Source: Octopus vulgaris (lineage: Eukaryota). Taken from it: DNA of 64,000 nucleotides. The notes below the pieces were generated by a model. That model saw nothing but the letters and a program-made list of their open reading frames with translations. It was not told where the DNA came from and made no database searches. Below are positions 1 through 13,554 of this stretch, one piece after another. A program made the translations under genes and the position numbers. Position 1 is the stretch's first letter; the number at the start of each line of letters is the position of its first letter. The stretch spans positions 49,104,001 to 49,168,000 of the forward strand of contig OX597817.1 of the NCBI GenBank assembly GCA_951406725.2, in the 5' to 3' direction.

Positions 1-144
1 ACAAATAGCGATGTTAAACCGGGTAACAAAGTATGCCGACAGCCTTGAGACATAAAATGCAATCGACCGGAACAGATATCGCAAAGCATATTGTCCGGTG
101 TCCTGATAATCCCGCCAAACCACCGCCCTGGAAACTGGACTCGC

Positions 145-552
145 TCTTTTACTTTTTTACTTGTTTCAGGCATTTGACTGTGGCCACGCTGGAGCACCGC
201 CTTTAGTCGAGCAAATCGACCCCAGGACTTATTTTTTGTAAGCCTAGTACTTATTCTATCGGCCTCTTTTACCGAACCGCTAAGTTACGGTGAGGTAAAC
301 ACACCAGCATCGGTTGTCAAGTGATGTTATGGGGGACAAACACAGACACACAAACATATACACACACATATATATACATATATATACGTCGGGTTTCTTT
401 AGGTCAGTTTCCGTCTACCAAATCCACTCACAAGGCTTTGGTTGGCCCGAGGCTATAGTAGATGACACTTGGCCAAGGTGCCATGCAGTGGGACTGAACC
501 CGGAATCATGTGGTTTGTAAGCAAGCTACTCACCATACAGTCACTCCTACGT
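145..552 (-). mobile_element. SINE family A (tRNA-like head, internal microsatellite, LINE-like 3' stem-loop tail)
   Basis: Near-identical to many copies in the window; minus strand reads GTGGTGAGTAGCTTGCTTAC..CCGGGTTCAGTCCC head and CAGCGTGGCCACAGTCAAATGCCTGAAACAAGTAAA tail. Confidence 0.85.
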
Positions 553-590
553 CTGCTTACACGCATGCTTACCACTCAGCCACTCATTTG

Positions 591-677
<87 letters not shown>

Positions 678-1562
678 ACACATACTCACACACACACACA
701 CACGCATATATATTTAGACATACACACACACATACACACATACTATGAGGTTCGCTGTTGCAACAAATCAAACCGGTACAGCAATAAATTCACTTCTTAG
801 AACATAATACAGATATCAATATGAACCCTCTGGAGACAGCCGGCAACACTGTACTGAAAGCCCGCATGGAAACTAAACATCTAATCTTTCATTTGCTCAC
901 AGCACATAATATCTTTCGAAACAGAGAACAATCCTTTGAGATCAAACTAAAACTCTACCATTATTACCGTTTATCTAGTTACAAACAACGCACAATAACT
1001 AAAAGCAATCATGATACTAATACAAGGCACGTACATACAACGTCCACTATTTATGGGTGGTTATTTCTATGGTGAGACTTTAAATACGCTGGAGCTAGAA
1101 ATACTTTTATAGAAGGTTCCAGTAACAGCAATGAAACACATAAAGAAGAAAAATTGAATAGTGTGATTTGGCAGCAACAAAAACATAAACAAAGAAAATC
1201 TGAAACCTTCACGAACAAACGGACTCATATACATAGGCATAAATATTCTCGCACGAACTAATACAAACACTCACAAACACAAAGTCACACATACACACGT
1301 ATATTTCTGCTGATCTTGTAGCTTGTCACACTGGAGTTAACCCTACAAGTATTCGGTTCCGCTGAAGAGAAGACGATAATACGGTGGGAGTTTCTTCCAT
1401 GGACTCCAGATCTTATCCTGTCTAAGAGACCGAAAGCACATACAAGAAACTGCAAAGTTGCAGGCTGCTGGTTCAACTGACATACATCCTACCTGGGGCA
1501 ACATATATAATATACATTTTCTCTCCATTGTAAAAATATATATATATACAAACAAAGATACG

Positions 1563-1605
<43 letters not shown>

Positions 1606-2689
1606 TCGCATATGTTAGTGTCGCACGAAGCAATGTTGAATAGAATATATACATTCAAAATGATATTAAACAAATTCGCGTGCACTCGAACCAAGGAAGA
1701 CCTATCGCTGTGGAATTATCCTGAAGAGAAATCGCTCCTCTCAGGCAGCAGGTGTGGAAACACATTATGCTATTATTTCTGCAGTGAATAGTAAAGTTCG
1801 TATTTCCTTTATTCTCAGTCATAACTCAAATCTTAGGACTTCTCAATGGCAAGTTTTGCAATGTCAATACAAAGTAATTTGTAGCAAAAAAAGCTTTGTA
1901 AGGATTTAAAAATTGAAGTAAAATTAGTATAATTAATATTCATTATAAATATGAATGTGGTTCAATAATTAAGTGATCACCAATTAATATAATTAATTAC
2001 CTGTGCATCAGTAAGGCCTAGCATTGCTGCCAGCTGTCGTCTGTCTGGTTTCGTTACATATTTCTGAACTTCAAACCGTTTTTCAAGTCCTTTTCGTTGT
2101 AAATTTGAAAATACTGCACGGGACCATGATCGTTTTCGCTTTGGTTGATTTGCTGAGTGCTGGTCTGTGTTTAATATTGAGTATGGACCTGTTCAGAAAA
2201 AAAAATGAGAATGGAATGAGAAAGAGAAAATTAAAAAAAATATCTTCCAATTGGTTGTATTGAAATTTTAAGTGAAATAATTTGATTACTAATAGTTAAT
2301 ATTTACTAATAGTAAATATTAATCTAAGTCCTTCAGTAAATCTGAGGTGTATCTCGGATATTAGACAACGAAACAGAAAGAGCTTAAAATGGGGCGAAAA
2401 TATTTACTGGTTCCTTTGTGCATGCAAATGTATGCATTATTTAAAAATTTGCGAGAGAATGAAGCCCTGAAGAAGATGAGAGAGCAAGACACTTTAATTT
2501 TACCAAAGAGTGACGGAATTTTCATAATTGTAGCGCTTTTAAGAAGTGGGGTATTTAAGAAAACAAATGTTTAAAACATTCAACGTTATTAAATAACGGG
2601 TAGCTCTCATTTGAAATAAAATTACTCTTTAAACGTAATATTTAAAAGCTTATGAAATTTCATCAACATTATCGTAATGCAGCCGTAAA

Positions 2690-3030
2690 TCGTAACCATA
2701 ACCCTTATCCTAAGTTATAAGTTATATCCTGAAACCAGAAATCCTAAGCCTAATCTCTAAAACCTAAAATTTAAATCTAATGCCAAACCATAAAATCCTA
2801 AACCCTAACACTAAACGCTGACTCTAAACCGTAACCCTGAAGCCTAAACCCAAACCGATCAGTAAAGTATGATATTTCTGCTTTTGTAGAATTTATTTTC
2901 TGATATAAAAATACAATCAGAACTTCTTAGCCCAAAACTCATAGTTTTAAACATATCTAGTTTCCTCTAACATAGGCTCGGTTGAAAACTCTGCGCTAAC
3001 CATAACTACAACCGTAATTTTAACTCTAAC
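2690..3030. repeat. Degenerate (CCCTAA)-like telomere-type repeat tract
   Basis: Repeated aaccctaa/aatcctaa/aactctaa words. Confidence 0.5.
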
Positions 3031-3766
3031 ACTCATTAAAATTGTGTTAACTATGGCATATACACTTAGAGTCTAAAATGCGATAACGATATTAATTATA
3101 AATGCACTATAGCAATTCACTGTAAACATGTTAAGACTTAAATTCTACACATTTCAAATTACTATGAAATAACCATAACCATACCACTCTTTCCAAACAC
3201 TTTTGGAAGAATAGAAATATTAACTACATACTTAAATGAAGCATCTTTTTCAGAATTAACAACAAGAAAGCCTGAATTTTGTAAACATAAATCATATATA
3301 AGGTAGTTAATTTATCTTCTTACTTTACTACAGTAACCCCACTACCTTTGCTTGTTGGGTTCCGAAATATTCTTACCTGGTTTCTCCATTATTTTTTATA
3401 TCCCAAAGCTTTTCTGAAAATTCGTGTTCATAATGCTTTAGTTTTGTATACAGGGACTGATTAAACTAGTTACTATTTAACGTTTACTTAACCCCGCATT
3501 TGGAACTGCCTTTCGTATGAATTTTAGGCTTCATCATTTATAATAAGGTCCAGTTTAATCCTGACCGACTCTATTCATTTATTATGACTGATTCCATCTC
3601 TGTGTCTACCAATTAGTAATAATATCTCAAATGAGATAATTTTATAAATTTTATAAAATTACCCACCACCATTTCATATTTCTCTTCTTTAATATATTCA
3701 CTTTCTCTTTTTCATTATCTCCAACTCTCTTAATTCCATATTTTATTATCATATATTATTTTTTTA

Positions 3767-3945
3767 AGGCGGTGTGCTGGCAGAATCGTTAGCACACTGG
3801 GCAAAACACTTATCGAAATTTCATCCACCACTACGCTCTGAGTCCAAATTCCTCCAAGTTCGACTTTGCCTTTCATGTTTCCAAGATCGATAAAATATGT
3901 ACTAGTTGAAAAAAATTGCTGCCCTTGTGGTTAATTTTGAAACCA
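3767..3945 (+). mobile_element. SINE family C, diverged copy
   Basis: GGCGGTGTGCTGGCAGAATCGTTAGCAC...GACTTTGCCTTTCAT matches 7109-7520. Confidence 0.7.
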
Positions 3946-4814
3946 TTATTATATTTAATTTTAATCTTAGGCCCCTCACGTAGATTACACTTCCTTATTC
4001 CGTACTATGTATTTCTATCTATTTTTTCATATTTTATTTTTTCTGCTTTCAATCATTTAATCTTTAAATTATTAATTTTTTTAATCTTTTGATTATTAAA
4101 CAGCTAATTTCTTATTTAATAATCTATTACTTACTAGAAACCATTACATTTACATTCCTCTTTAACTCTACATACTTATATTTTTTTAATATGCGGGTTC
4201 TTTAATCTCTTGATCTTTGAGTAGTCCTAATGTCTCAATATTTCACATAGAATTTTGTCCGTTGGTCTCTCTTTTCCCAGCCCGAATTTACTAATAACAT
4301 TTTGCATTCATTTATAAGCATTATAATCTTAAATTTTTAATATTTGTTTTCCTCAAACATAGTCATATTTCATTAAGTGATTATTAAATAATACTTTATA
4401 ATATAAATATAATTACGATTATTACTTTGAAACATTTATTTATTTATTAAATTAAATGTGCATTAGCTTACTCTTTTAATGCACAAGGTCCGTTTTACTT
4501 AATATATGGGATATGTAGAATGGATTTTTTAAAAAATAAAAAGTAAAAGAAAAAGTTCTTTAGCATTCGTTTGATTTGATCGTAAGAACGAAACAAAGTG
4601 CAGTTTCTGAAAAACACTGAAAATAATTTTTGGCCCTTTAACAAGTTATTATTTTCTTTGGTAGTATTTAACTAGTAAATCTTAGTTAAACTAATTCAGC
4701 CGTCGCGAGGATATATAAACAATCGAACACAGGTTGTGAAGTGTAGAAGAGACATACATAAGCACACACCCATTTACACCCACACACACATATATATGTG
4801 TGTGTATATGTATG

Positions 4815-5592
4815 GGAGTGGCTGTGTGGCTGTGTGGTAAGTAGCTTGCTTACGAACCGCATGGTTCCGGGTTCAGTCCCACTGTGTGGTACCTAGGGCA
4901 ACTGTCTTCTACTATAGCCTCGGGCCGATCGAAGCCTTGTGAGTGGATTTGGTAGACAGAAACTGAAAGAAGTTCATCGTATATATGTATATACTAGCAG
5001 TATCGCCCGGCGTTGCTCGGGTTTGTAAGGGAAATAACTATAAAGCATTTTTAGAGAGTTATAGCCAAAAAATGGAAAAAAATGATGGTAAATTTTTTTT
5101 GAGAGTAAAAAAAGGTGGAGTTGCGTCCCCTAGACAGTTTGCGGTTTGTGTTTCTGATTCTCGACCCCATGTCGAATTTATCGATTTTTTTCAGAACTGG
5201 GGGAACTTTTCAAAATTTTCGCTGCGTTAGTTTTGAATTATGACATTGGGCTATGTGTGTGTTAAGTTTCATCAGAATCGGTTGAAAGCCGTGGTCAGAG
5301 TGAGGGTACGAGAAAACAGACACACAGAAACACGCACAGACAAACTGCCGTTTATATATAGAGAGATATATGTATGTGTGTGTATGTTTGTGTGTCTGTG
5401 TTTGTCCGCGCAACATCGCTTGACAACCGACGCTGGTGTATTTACTTCCCCGTAACTTAGCGGTTCGACAAAAGAGACCGATAGAATAAGTACCAGGCTT
5501 ACAAAGAATAAGTCCTGGGGTCGATTTGCTCGACTAAAAGGCGGTGCTCCAGCATGGCCACAGTCACATGACTGAAACAAGTAAAAGAGTAA
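4815..5592 (+). mobile_element. SINE family A interrupted by a Helitron
   Basis: Head 4815-4985 and tail 5370-5592 flank the Helitron, which sits in the internal (TA)n. Confidence 0.85.
4994..5366 (-). mobile_element. Non-autonomous Helitron
   Basis: Minus strand: 5' TC start, 3' hairpin CCCGAGCAACGCCGGG, then CTAG end between A and T; same 3' end at 45650 and 62610. Confidence 0.75.
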
Positions 5593-5953
5593 TATCTATA
5601 TATATATATATATATAGATAGATAGATACATGTATGTGTGTGTATGTGTGCGCGTGCATATATGTATATGTATACATACACGCACCCACATAAATAACAA
5701 GCTTCCAGACAGTTTTCATTAAACAGATTTACTCACGAGGCATTGGTCAGCTCAGAGCTACAGTAGAAGACACTTGCCAAGGCACCTGCCAGTGAGATTG
5801 AATCCAAGATCACATGGTCGCAGAACGAACATTTTCGAAGATAATTTCTAAATCAAACCATGTGAAATCTTTCTTTTAAAAATATTATCATCAAATTATC
5901 ACACACACTCGCGCGCGCACACTTATATATACACACACATATACACATACATA

Positions 5954-6010
<57 letters not shown>

Positions 6011-6180
6011 ATATATATATATGTATGTGTATATATATATGTAGATATGTATATATATGTATGTGTATATATATATGTAGATATATATATATATGTATGT
6101 ATATATATATAATATATATATATATGTATGTATATATATATAATATATATATGTATGTATATATATATAATATATATATG

Positions 6181-6215
<35 letters not shown>

Positions 6216-7108
6216 ACATATATATATACATGCAGCTACATGATATAAATATATATATATATCTAGATATATAAATATATGTATATATACACACATATTT
6301 GTATATATATGCATATATATATATATACATACATAAATATACACACACATATACACGCACACACGCACACACACACATATATGTACGAAAGTACATAAAC
6401 TATTTTTGTTTCTTTTGTTTGAAAGTAATTCTTCTAAAAGGACTAGCATTGTGTTTTTTTTTTGAGATTTATCGACTGTCGGCTGTTCTGTCCATTTCGT
6501 CACGTGATATACCCCACTTCGTCTAATTTCAAAATTCTTACTGCAAATCCTAATTTTATTGTGTGGCTCTCAGTGACTCAGATTTTGACGCCTTCCTAGT
6601 TAAACACAATCTTGTCAGCAGTCGTATAAAAGATTCAACGAGGACTATAAGTTATTTCGCTTCTGTAGTTGTGTTTTTATGTATGTATAGGTGCATGTGT
6701 ATATGTGCGAGTATGTGTGTGTGTTCGTTTGTGTCTGTTTTTGCTCACATATATGTATTAACTTCCATAATTTAAAATCAACACATAGCGTATTTGCTTT
6801 CCAATTTTCGTCGCTTTCTACTTTTGAGTATAAATTATGGAAAGTAAGTGAAAATATATTTCTGAAGAAATTTACCACAAAATATTGCTGTTTCCATTTT
6901 TTTTTTATAAAAACACCTGTTACTCTAGGCATTTAAAAACATCGCTCGAAGTCTCGCTCTCTTTCGCCTATATTTAAGCGCCTCTGCCTGCCACACTCCT
7001 GCTCTATTTGTCGCCATATTCTCCTCCTTGTAGTGAAGTGAGGAGCAAAAAAGCATTGTAAATCATAGAATCGTACAATCGCACAGACACATATATTCAC
7101 ATCCAGAT

Positions 7109-7522
7109 CGGCAGCGAGCTGGCAGAATCGTTAGCACGCCAGGCGAAATGCTTAGCAGTATTTCGTCTGCCGCTACGTTGTGAGTTCAAATTCCGCCGAG
7201 GTCGACTTTGCCTTTCATCCTTTCGGGGTCGATTAAATAAGTACCAGTTACGCACTGGGGTCGATGTAATCGACTTAATCCGTTTGTCTGTCCTTGTTTG
7301 TCCCCTCTATGTTTAGCCCCTTGTGGGTAGTAAAGAAATAGGAATTTCGTCTGCCGTTACGTTCTGAGTTCAAATTTCGCCGCGGTCGACTTTGCCTTTC
7401 ATCCTTTCGGGGTCGATTAAATAAGTACCTGTTACGCACTGGGGTCGATGTAATCGACTTAATCCATTTCTCTGTTCTTGTTTGTCCTCTCTGTGTTTAG
7501 CCCCTTCTGGGTAGTAAAGAAA
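7109..7522 (+). mobile_element. SINE family C with internal tandem duplication (~185 bp)
   Basis: Head GGCAGCGAGCTGGCAGAATCGTTAGCACG; body GTCGACTTTGCCTTTCATCCTTTCGGGGTCGAT occurs at ~7200 and ~7385. Confidence 0.85.
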
Positions 7523-7674
7523 TATATATTCACATCCAATACCACTCCATATATGTGTGTGTGTGTGTGTGTGTCTGTACTTGCGTGTATATATAAACGA
7601 GATGAATGTTTCAAAAACCGCTTTTCAAAAAGAAGAAAGAAAAACGAAATAGCGTGTATCTTGCACGATATATA

Positions 7675-8224
7675 CGAGGGTGAGTCAAAAAGTAATGCCA
7701 TTTTGTTTAGGACAGGTATAATTACCAACACAGGAATCTGTATCATGCATCAAAATGAAGCTGGTACTCTGTAAATCACATCCTTACTTCTCAACAGGGT
7801 CACCGTTTCTCTCAATAGCAATGTTCCACCTTCGAATGAAAGCATATATCCCTGCTCCGTAAAATTCTGTTGACAGTTCTTTGAGCCACTTCTTCACTAC
7901 AATTTTCACTTCCTCGTCACTGGACTATCATCTCTTTGGCCCCATGAAAGAGGGTTTGAGAGGCAAACATTATTCCAGTGACGAGGAAGTGAAAACTATT
8001 GTGAAGAAGTGGCTCAAAGAACAGTCAACAGAATTTTACGGAGCAGGGATACATGCTCTCATTCGAAGGTGGAGCATTGCTATTGAGAGAAACGGTGACT
8101 ATGTTGAGAAGTAGGGATGTGATCCCACAGAGGACCAGCTTCATTTTGATGTATGATACATGTTCCTGTGTTGGTAATTATACCTATCCTAAACAAAATG
8201 GCGTTACTTTTAGACTCACCCTCG
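7675..8224. mobile_element. Mariner-derived foldback element (two 3' ends head-to-head); transposase C-terminal remnant
   Basis: TIR CGAGGGTGAGTCAAAAAGTAATGCCATTTTG, TA flanks; + frame DYHLFGPMKEGLRGKHYSSDEEVK...GIHALIRRW...NGDYVEK is a mariner C-terminus; ~250-bp inverted arms. Confidence 0.9.
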
Positions 8225-8229
8225 TATAA

Positions 8230-8729
8230 ATGGCAATTTCTGTCTGTCTGTTACCATCTTGGTGCCTATATTAGCGAACCAGTCTTCACCAAAATTTGCA
8301 TACATGTTGAGCTAACATCCAATTCAATTATAGGCTAACTTGATTTCAATAAAAGTCGATAATGAGTCCCCTACAGGGGCTGGACTATTATATGATAAAA
8401 TGAGGGTCCCCTACAGGGGTTGGACTATTATATGATAAAATGAGAAGAGTGAAAAAGGTGTCTGGTTGAGAGTCCGTCGAGGGAAATGTGGTGGCATAAT
8501 GAGGGTTGGCTGATATCAGAGAAGGGGAAGAGACAGAGAGACAGGGAACCGAAATAATAACACTATTGATAATGTCTCTCATTTTCTTCCATACATGAAT
8601 AGCCCGTTGAGGGAAATGTCGTGGCTGATATGAGTGAAGAAGAGACAGAAAGAGAGAGGAAGAGAGAGAGAGAGAGAAGCAGGGAATGTGAGAGATACAC
8701 AGAGAGAACGAGAGACAGGGACAGAGCAG

Positions 8730-8766
<37 letters not shown>

Positions 8767-9555
8767 TGTTTACTGAAGGGAAGAGCGGATTTTAATGCTT
8801 TGTTCTTTTATCTTTACCTGTCACTTAACACATCCGCTCTAGTAAATTAACTATCGTCTGCTCAGTCAAAACGTTTATAATATGTCCAATAACAGATGTT
8901 AAGCTGACAAGTGAAAGGTAAAATGTTTTTATATTTGCTTTCAAATCACCATATTAAGATTTATTAAAAAACTTTACCAACGTACTGTAACAACAACACT
9001 AGTGGAGGCACAATGGCCCAGTGGTTAGGGCAGCGGTTTCGTGTTCGTAAGAACGTGTCTTCGATTCCCAGACCAGGCATTGTGAGTGTTTATTGAAATC
9101 CACGAGGCTCCGGCGTGGGGTGGTGGTGAACCCCGCTGTACTCTTTCACCACAACTTTCTCTCACTCTTTTTTCCTACTTCTGCCAAAAATCAGAGGAAC
9201 TATGGTGTAACCCACTATGGTGTGGTAAACTTTCAGACCCTAGTCTAGATTGCGAATCCTCTGTACCCAAGGATGGTTCAGCTCTCCACCCGTTAAAAGC
9301 CACCGTTTACGGAATGAGGATAACAACGTAGTTTTCGCGCCTGTGCAACCGCTAGTCTATCGCTTGTGTTGGGTGGCTCTTCAAGTTACCACACGCATTC
9401 TTAGTAGCTTAGAGTAGGCTCGAATTAGAGATTATTCTTTGTGGCTAATGGCGTGAGTCCTGATTGGAAGAAGAAGAAAAACAACACTATATATAATGTC
9501 TTTCTTTTTCTTCCATACACGAATAGCCCGTCGTTGTCGGGCAGTTTTTACAATA
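8230..9555 (+). mobile_element. Degenerate Helitron-like element with nested repeats
   Basis: 5' ctgtctgtctg..caccaaaatttgcatacatg motif, short tandem repeat at 8363-8425, 3' hairpin GCCCGTCGTTGTCGGGC. Confidence 0.35.
9004..9180 (+). mobile_element. SINE family B, tRNA-derived head
   Basis: A box TGGCCCAGTGGTTAG and B-box-like TTCGATTCCC; homologous to 23955 and 49181. Confidence 0.75.
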
Positions 9556-9714
9556 GAATGTCTTATATACAATTTTGTTTATTCACTGTCACACTATGCC
9601 TTCCCGACAGATAGGCTTATGCAATTGTTTTTTCCTTTTTTTTTTTCTTAATTCTTTTCCTTTCTTAATTCTTTACATGTTTGATCGACCGTTTCCAATG
9701 ACTTTATTCTGTTG

Positions 9715-10120
9715 TTCTTCTATTTGTTTCAGTCATTTGACTGCGGCCATGCTGGAGCACAGCCTTTAGTCGAACAAATCGACCCCAGGACTTATTCTTT
9801 GTAAGCCTAGTATTTATTCTATCGGTGTCTTTTGCTGAACCGCTAAGTTACGGGCTCGTAAACACACCAGCATCGGTTGTCATGTGATGTTGAGGGGACA
9901 AACACATACACACACACACACACACACATACACACACACACACACACACATACACACACACACACACACACATACACACACACACACATATACATATATT
10001 TACGACGGTCTACTTTCAGTTTCCGTCTACCAAATACACTCACAAGGCTTTGATCAGCTTGAGGCTATAGCAGAAGACACTTGCAAAGGATCCACGCAGT
10101 GGGACGGAACCCGGAATCAT
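9715..10120 (-). mobile_element. SINE family A
   Basis: Matches family consensus. Confidence 0.85.
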
Positions 10121-10230
10121 GATCTTCATTAAAACTTAATGTTAGTCAGGAGTTGTCCTCCTGTGTCGTGTACATCAGCGACTTGCTTATTTGTACATTA
10201 TTTACATTTGTCCTCATCTTCTTTGTTGTT

Positions 10231-10276
10231 AAGACAACGTTTCGGCTAATATACCCTCCAGCCTTCATCAGGTGTC
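10231..10276 (-). ncRNA. Minimal type I hammerhead ribozyme motif (Penelope-like)
   Basis: Minus: gacac-CTGATGA-a-GGCTG...TAGCC-GAAAC-GTT-gtctt; palindromic AACGTT stem III. Confidence 0.7.
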
Positions 10277-10323
10277 ATGGAGAAATTTCGAACCTGGGTT
10301 CTTATTCCTAAGGTATTTTGTGA

Positions 10324-10383
<60 letters not shown>

Positions 10384-10419
10384 CATTATTATTATTAATA
10401 ACCCCTACGCCATATGCCC

Positions 10420-10492
10420 GGGCATATGGCGTAGTGGTTAAGAGCGCGGGCTACTAACCCCAAGATTCCGAGTTCGATTCCAGGCAGTGACT
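10420..10492 (+). ncRNA. tRNA-derived (Ile-AAT-like) Pol III head, not a functional tRNA
   Basis: A box TGGCGTAGTGGTT, B box GAGTTCGATTCC; GGGCTACTAACCCCAAG resembles tRNA-Ile GGTGCTAATAACGCCAAG; no acceptor stem. Confidence 0.65.
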
Positions 10493-10778
10493 TGAATAAT
10501 AATAATAATAATAATGATAATAATAATAATAATAATAATATCGAAAAATACCTCAGGAATGAGAACCCGGGTTCGAAATTTTCCCCAAGACACCTTATGA
10601 AGGCTGGCGGGTATATCAGCCGAAACGTTGTATTAACAACAAACAAGAAGAGGACTAATATACGTCAAATGTAAATAATGTAAATAATGTACATAATTCT
10701 TCATCTCTTAAATATAGAATTGCTTATTTGTGTTCCCATCTACTGGAACGTAATAAAAATAAGTATACAAATCATAAT

Positions 10779-10814
<36 letters not shown>

Positions 10815-10979
10815 TAATCGGAAGAATATGACTAAAGAGAGATTTAGTAAGGTTGACTGACCATCTAATGGTTTCCTTGCTGATTCATTAGTTGAATTTC
10901 TATATTATATTTTTCATAAGAAATCTATTCACAGACTTGCATGCTTGCAATTTGTTCTTGTCGTTTTATATCACACACA

Positions 10980-11023
<44 letters not shown>

Positions 11024-11689
11024 AACACTCAAACACACAAACACGCACACATAAACACACAAACACACAAATGCATACACACATACAAACACATAAAGAC
11101 ATACAAATATATAAAGAAAAACACACACACAAATGCATGCACACACAAACACATACAAATATATACACACAAACACACACACACAAACACACAAACACAA
11201 GCACACGCAAACATACACATACAAATATACACATGAACACACACACAAACACACACAAACACACACAGAATACATACATACAAACATATACACACAAACA
11301 AACAAAAACACACACAAACACAAACACACACACAAATACATATACACAAACACACATACACACACGCACACGCACACGCACACACATTAGATATAATCTC
11401 AAGGCCAAAATATCTCAACATAGCTTTTTGCACTTTTCTTTGTAAGCAGAACATAAACATCCCATTTCCTATAACGAACTCTGTGAATGTTCAAAAACGA
11501 AAGTTTCAACTCAATCACAAGAAGTCTCTTGAACGAGAAAATAAACCAGACCTCCACTATCGGCCAATATCAATTAATTTCATCATTTTACCGTATTAAT
11601 TATTAAACTATACATTCTGATTATGCTTGTCTATTATAAACGTCACTAATATTTCTTTGGTGACTTTTCTGTATGAATACAGATTTAGC

Positions 11690-11862
11690 TATCGTTTTTG
11701 GATTTGGTTTGCAAGATTCTTTACGTGAGTTCGTGTGTTGAAGCATATTCTGTTGTGTCTGGGGAGAGTCATTTTCTTTTTGTGCCTTATAATGTAACAC
11801 ACTCACCGGTAAGATTTCCACTTTAAAAAAATGATAATATTATAAACATAATAATAATGATG

Positions 11863-11927
<65 letters not shown>

Positions 11928-12753
11928 GGACTAAACGCAAAAGAAATAGACAAAGAAAAATCCCAGCAATGGTTGAAAAGCTCACGACTCAAAGCAGAAA
12001 CAGAGGGATTTTTAATTGCAGCACAAGACCAAAGCCTCCCCACCAGAAATTACCAAAAACATGTAATGAAAAGAAATATTACAAGTAACTGCAGAATATG
12101 TGGAGATGGACAAGAAACAATAAATCATATTATCTCTAGCTGCCCAGTCCTGGCTAAGAAGGAATATATTCACAGACATGACAGAGTTGGAACCTACATA
12201 CATTGGAAGCTATGCCAACATTATGGAATAACAACAGAAAAAAGATGGTATAGGCACACACCAGAAAAGGTCACAGAAAGCGAGAAAGCAACCATACTCT
12301 GGGATATGCCGATACACACAGATAGAGAAATTAAGGCCAACAGACCAGATATAGTTGTCAGAGATCATGAAGAAAAAAAATGCTTTCTAATTGATGTATC
12401 AATACCGGCTGATGACAACGTGTCTCTAAAAGAAATGGAGAAACTCTCAAAATAGAAAGACCTGGAAATAGAGGTAACTAGAATGTGGAATCTGAAAACA
12501 GAAACAATTCCTATCATAGTAGGTGCATTAGGCATGATAAAAAAATATTCAGACAAATACATAACAAAAACACCAGGACTTACAAACACATATAACATAC
12601 AGAAAATTGCACCTCTAGGCACTGCACACATCCTACGCAGAACACTTTCCATACAATAACCATCAGAGCATCACAACAAATCACAGCACATACCCAAGGC
12701 ACACAGAGCTGTGCTCGGTAGTGAAGTGAAAGCACGCTATAAAAATAAAACTA

Positions 12754-12826
<73 letters not shown>

Positions 12827-12912
12827 TTAAAAGTAAGAAATAAGTGGAAATTTCACCGGTGTGTGTGTTATATTATAAGGCACAAAAAGAAAATGACTTT
12901 CCCCAGGCACTA
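11690..12912. repeat. Palindromic MITE-like repeat split by a LINE insertion
   Basis: Arm 11690-11823 and partial inverted arm 12840-12912; same family at 16105-16213, 36795-36990, 37748-37823. Confidence 0.7.
11925..12760 (+). mobile_element. 5'-truncated R4/Dong-clade non-LTR retrotransposon (restriction-like endonuclease end)
   Basis: CRICG-ETINHIISSC zinc knuckle, RHD, RPDIV, LIDVSIP motifs; TAG at 12453-12455 replaces Y of K-Y-K-D-L; frame continues PIIVGALG; flanked by (TAA)n. Confidence 0.9.
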
Positions 12913-13141
12913 CAGATTTATCGCTCAACTGAGTTTTAATGAGCAAAATTTGAGTTCATTTGCATGTTTTAAAATAATATTATCTTTCATATTATTCTTT
13001 AGAGCTATACCTCTCAACCGTTTATTAGCTATGGACCCCTTTTATTTAAATTTTATTTGGATGGTCCCGCAAAGCCATTTGATGTTTAAAAGATGTATTA
13101 TATTTTTGTAATTTAATATTAAGAATTGTGTAAAAAATACT

Positions 13142-13326
13142 ACTCTTTTACTTGTTTCAGTCATTTGACTGTTGCCATGCTGGAGCACCGCCTTAAGTCG
13201 AGCAAATCGACCCCAGGACTTATTCTTTGTAAGCCTAGTACGTATTCTATCGGACCCTTTTACCGAACCGCTAAGTTACGGGCTCGTAAACACACCAGCA
13301 TCGGTTGTCATGTGATGTTGAGGGGA

Positions 13327-13362
<36 letters not shown>

Positions 13363-13537
13363 TACATACATATATACGATGGGCTTCTTTCAGTTTCCGT
13401 CTACCGAATCCACTCACAAGGCTTTGGTCGGCCCGAGGCTATAGTGGAAGACACTTGCCCAAGGTGCCACGCAGTGGGACTGAACCCGGAACCATGTAGT
13501 TGGTAAGCAAGCTACTTACCACACAACCACTTCTGCT
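13142..13537 (-). mobile_element. SINE family A
   Basis: Matches family consensus. Confidence 0.85.
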
Positions 13538-13554
13538 ATATATTTTTATTACGC

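Larger units (their letters stand above)
10195..10719. mobile_element. Palindromic tRNA-head/(TAA)n/hammerhead element, copy A
   Basis: Inverted arms centred at ~10420; flanked by 12-bp direct repeat TTGCTTATTTGT (10183-10194, 10720-10731). Confidence 0.85.

Noticed and set aside
821-1075. Possible Penelope GIY-YIG C-terminal remnant
   Set aside because: Only a vague R..E..I..L pattern; not supportable by eye
2389-2574. THAP-like start MGRKYLLVPLC
   Set aside because: Remaining zinc ligands absent; too weak
2690-3030. True telomere or fusion site
   Set aside because: Highly degenerate, single orientation; more likely part of an interspersed repeat
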